Of a stretch of 64,000 bases of DNA, positions 63,909 through 64,000 are shown one piece after another. Each line of letters opens with the position of its first letter. Position 1 is the first letter of the stretch. Source of the DNA: Carcharhinus amblyrhynchos (lineage: Eukaryota); assembly GCA_965287045.1 (NCBI GenBank), contig OZ336878.1, forward strand, positions 47,492,001-47,556,000, given 5' to 3'. The notes beneath the pieces were generated by a model, which ran no database searches, had not been told where the DNA came from, and saw only the letters and a list, made by a program, of their open reading frames with translations. The translations under genes and the position numbers were made by a program.

Positions 63909-64000
63909 TTGGTAGGTGAGGAAGTAAACTGTTGCCCATGGCCTGGAAAGCAAATAAAGTAAAAAAGATAGTCAAAAGTACATTGGTGGCTGAAACTGTA

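Larger units (their letters stand above)
57281..64000 (+). mobile_element. GalEa-like Ty1/Copia LTR retrotransposon relic (5' LTR, gag, PR, IN, RT, RNase H) running off the window
   Basis: LTR to ~57575; gag KPYQQWKAEVEVW..LALSL..YLDKFYQKD; IN DFNNVVAIDL, KFLMDNGGEF; RT LNKCIYGLNDASRIWY; RH VFSDVSHANL, IVKSTLVAET; IN precedes RT. Confidence 0.82.

Overview
Repeat-dense vertebrate DNA, very likely from a shark or other elasmobranch (inferred from HE1-type V-SINEs, CR1 LINEs and Penelope elements). I recognise no host protein-coding exon, so this is probably intergenic DNA or a large intron. Almost all ORFs in the track are fragments of decayed transposons or spurious. Elements present: many CR1 and CR1/L2-type LINEs, two L1 fragments, a Tx1 fragment, Penelope-like elements (RT + GIY-YIG), Gmr1- and Mag-type Gypsy relics, a long GalEa-like Copia relic, a solo LTR, Harbinger transposase/MITE relics and several SINE families. 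The most interesting signals are: (1) a SINE nested antisense in a CR1 3' end with strongly strand-biased T>C changes, resembling a retrotransposed ADAR-hyperedited RNA; (2) U2-snRNA-headed short elements, one directly upstream of a Tx1 ORF2 fragment; (3) minimal hammerhead ribozymes with covarying stem II in Penelope terminal repeats; (4) a multi-inversion duplication inside the Copia gag. All coordinates and family calls were made by eye and boundaries are approximate.
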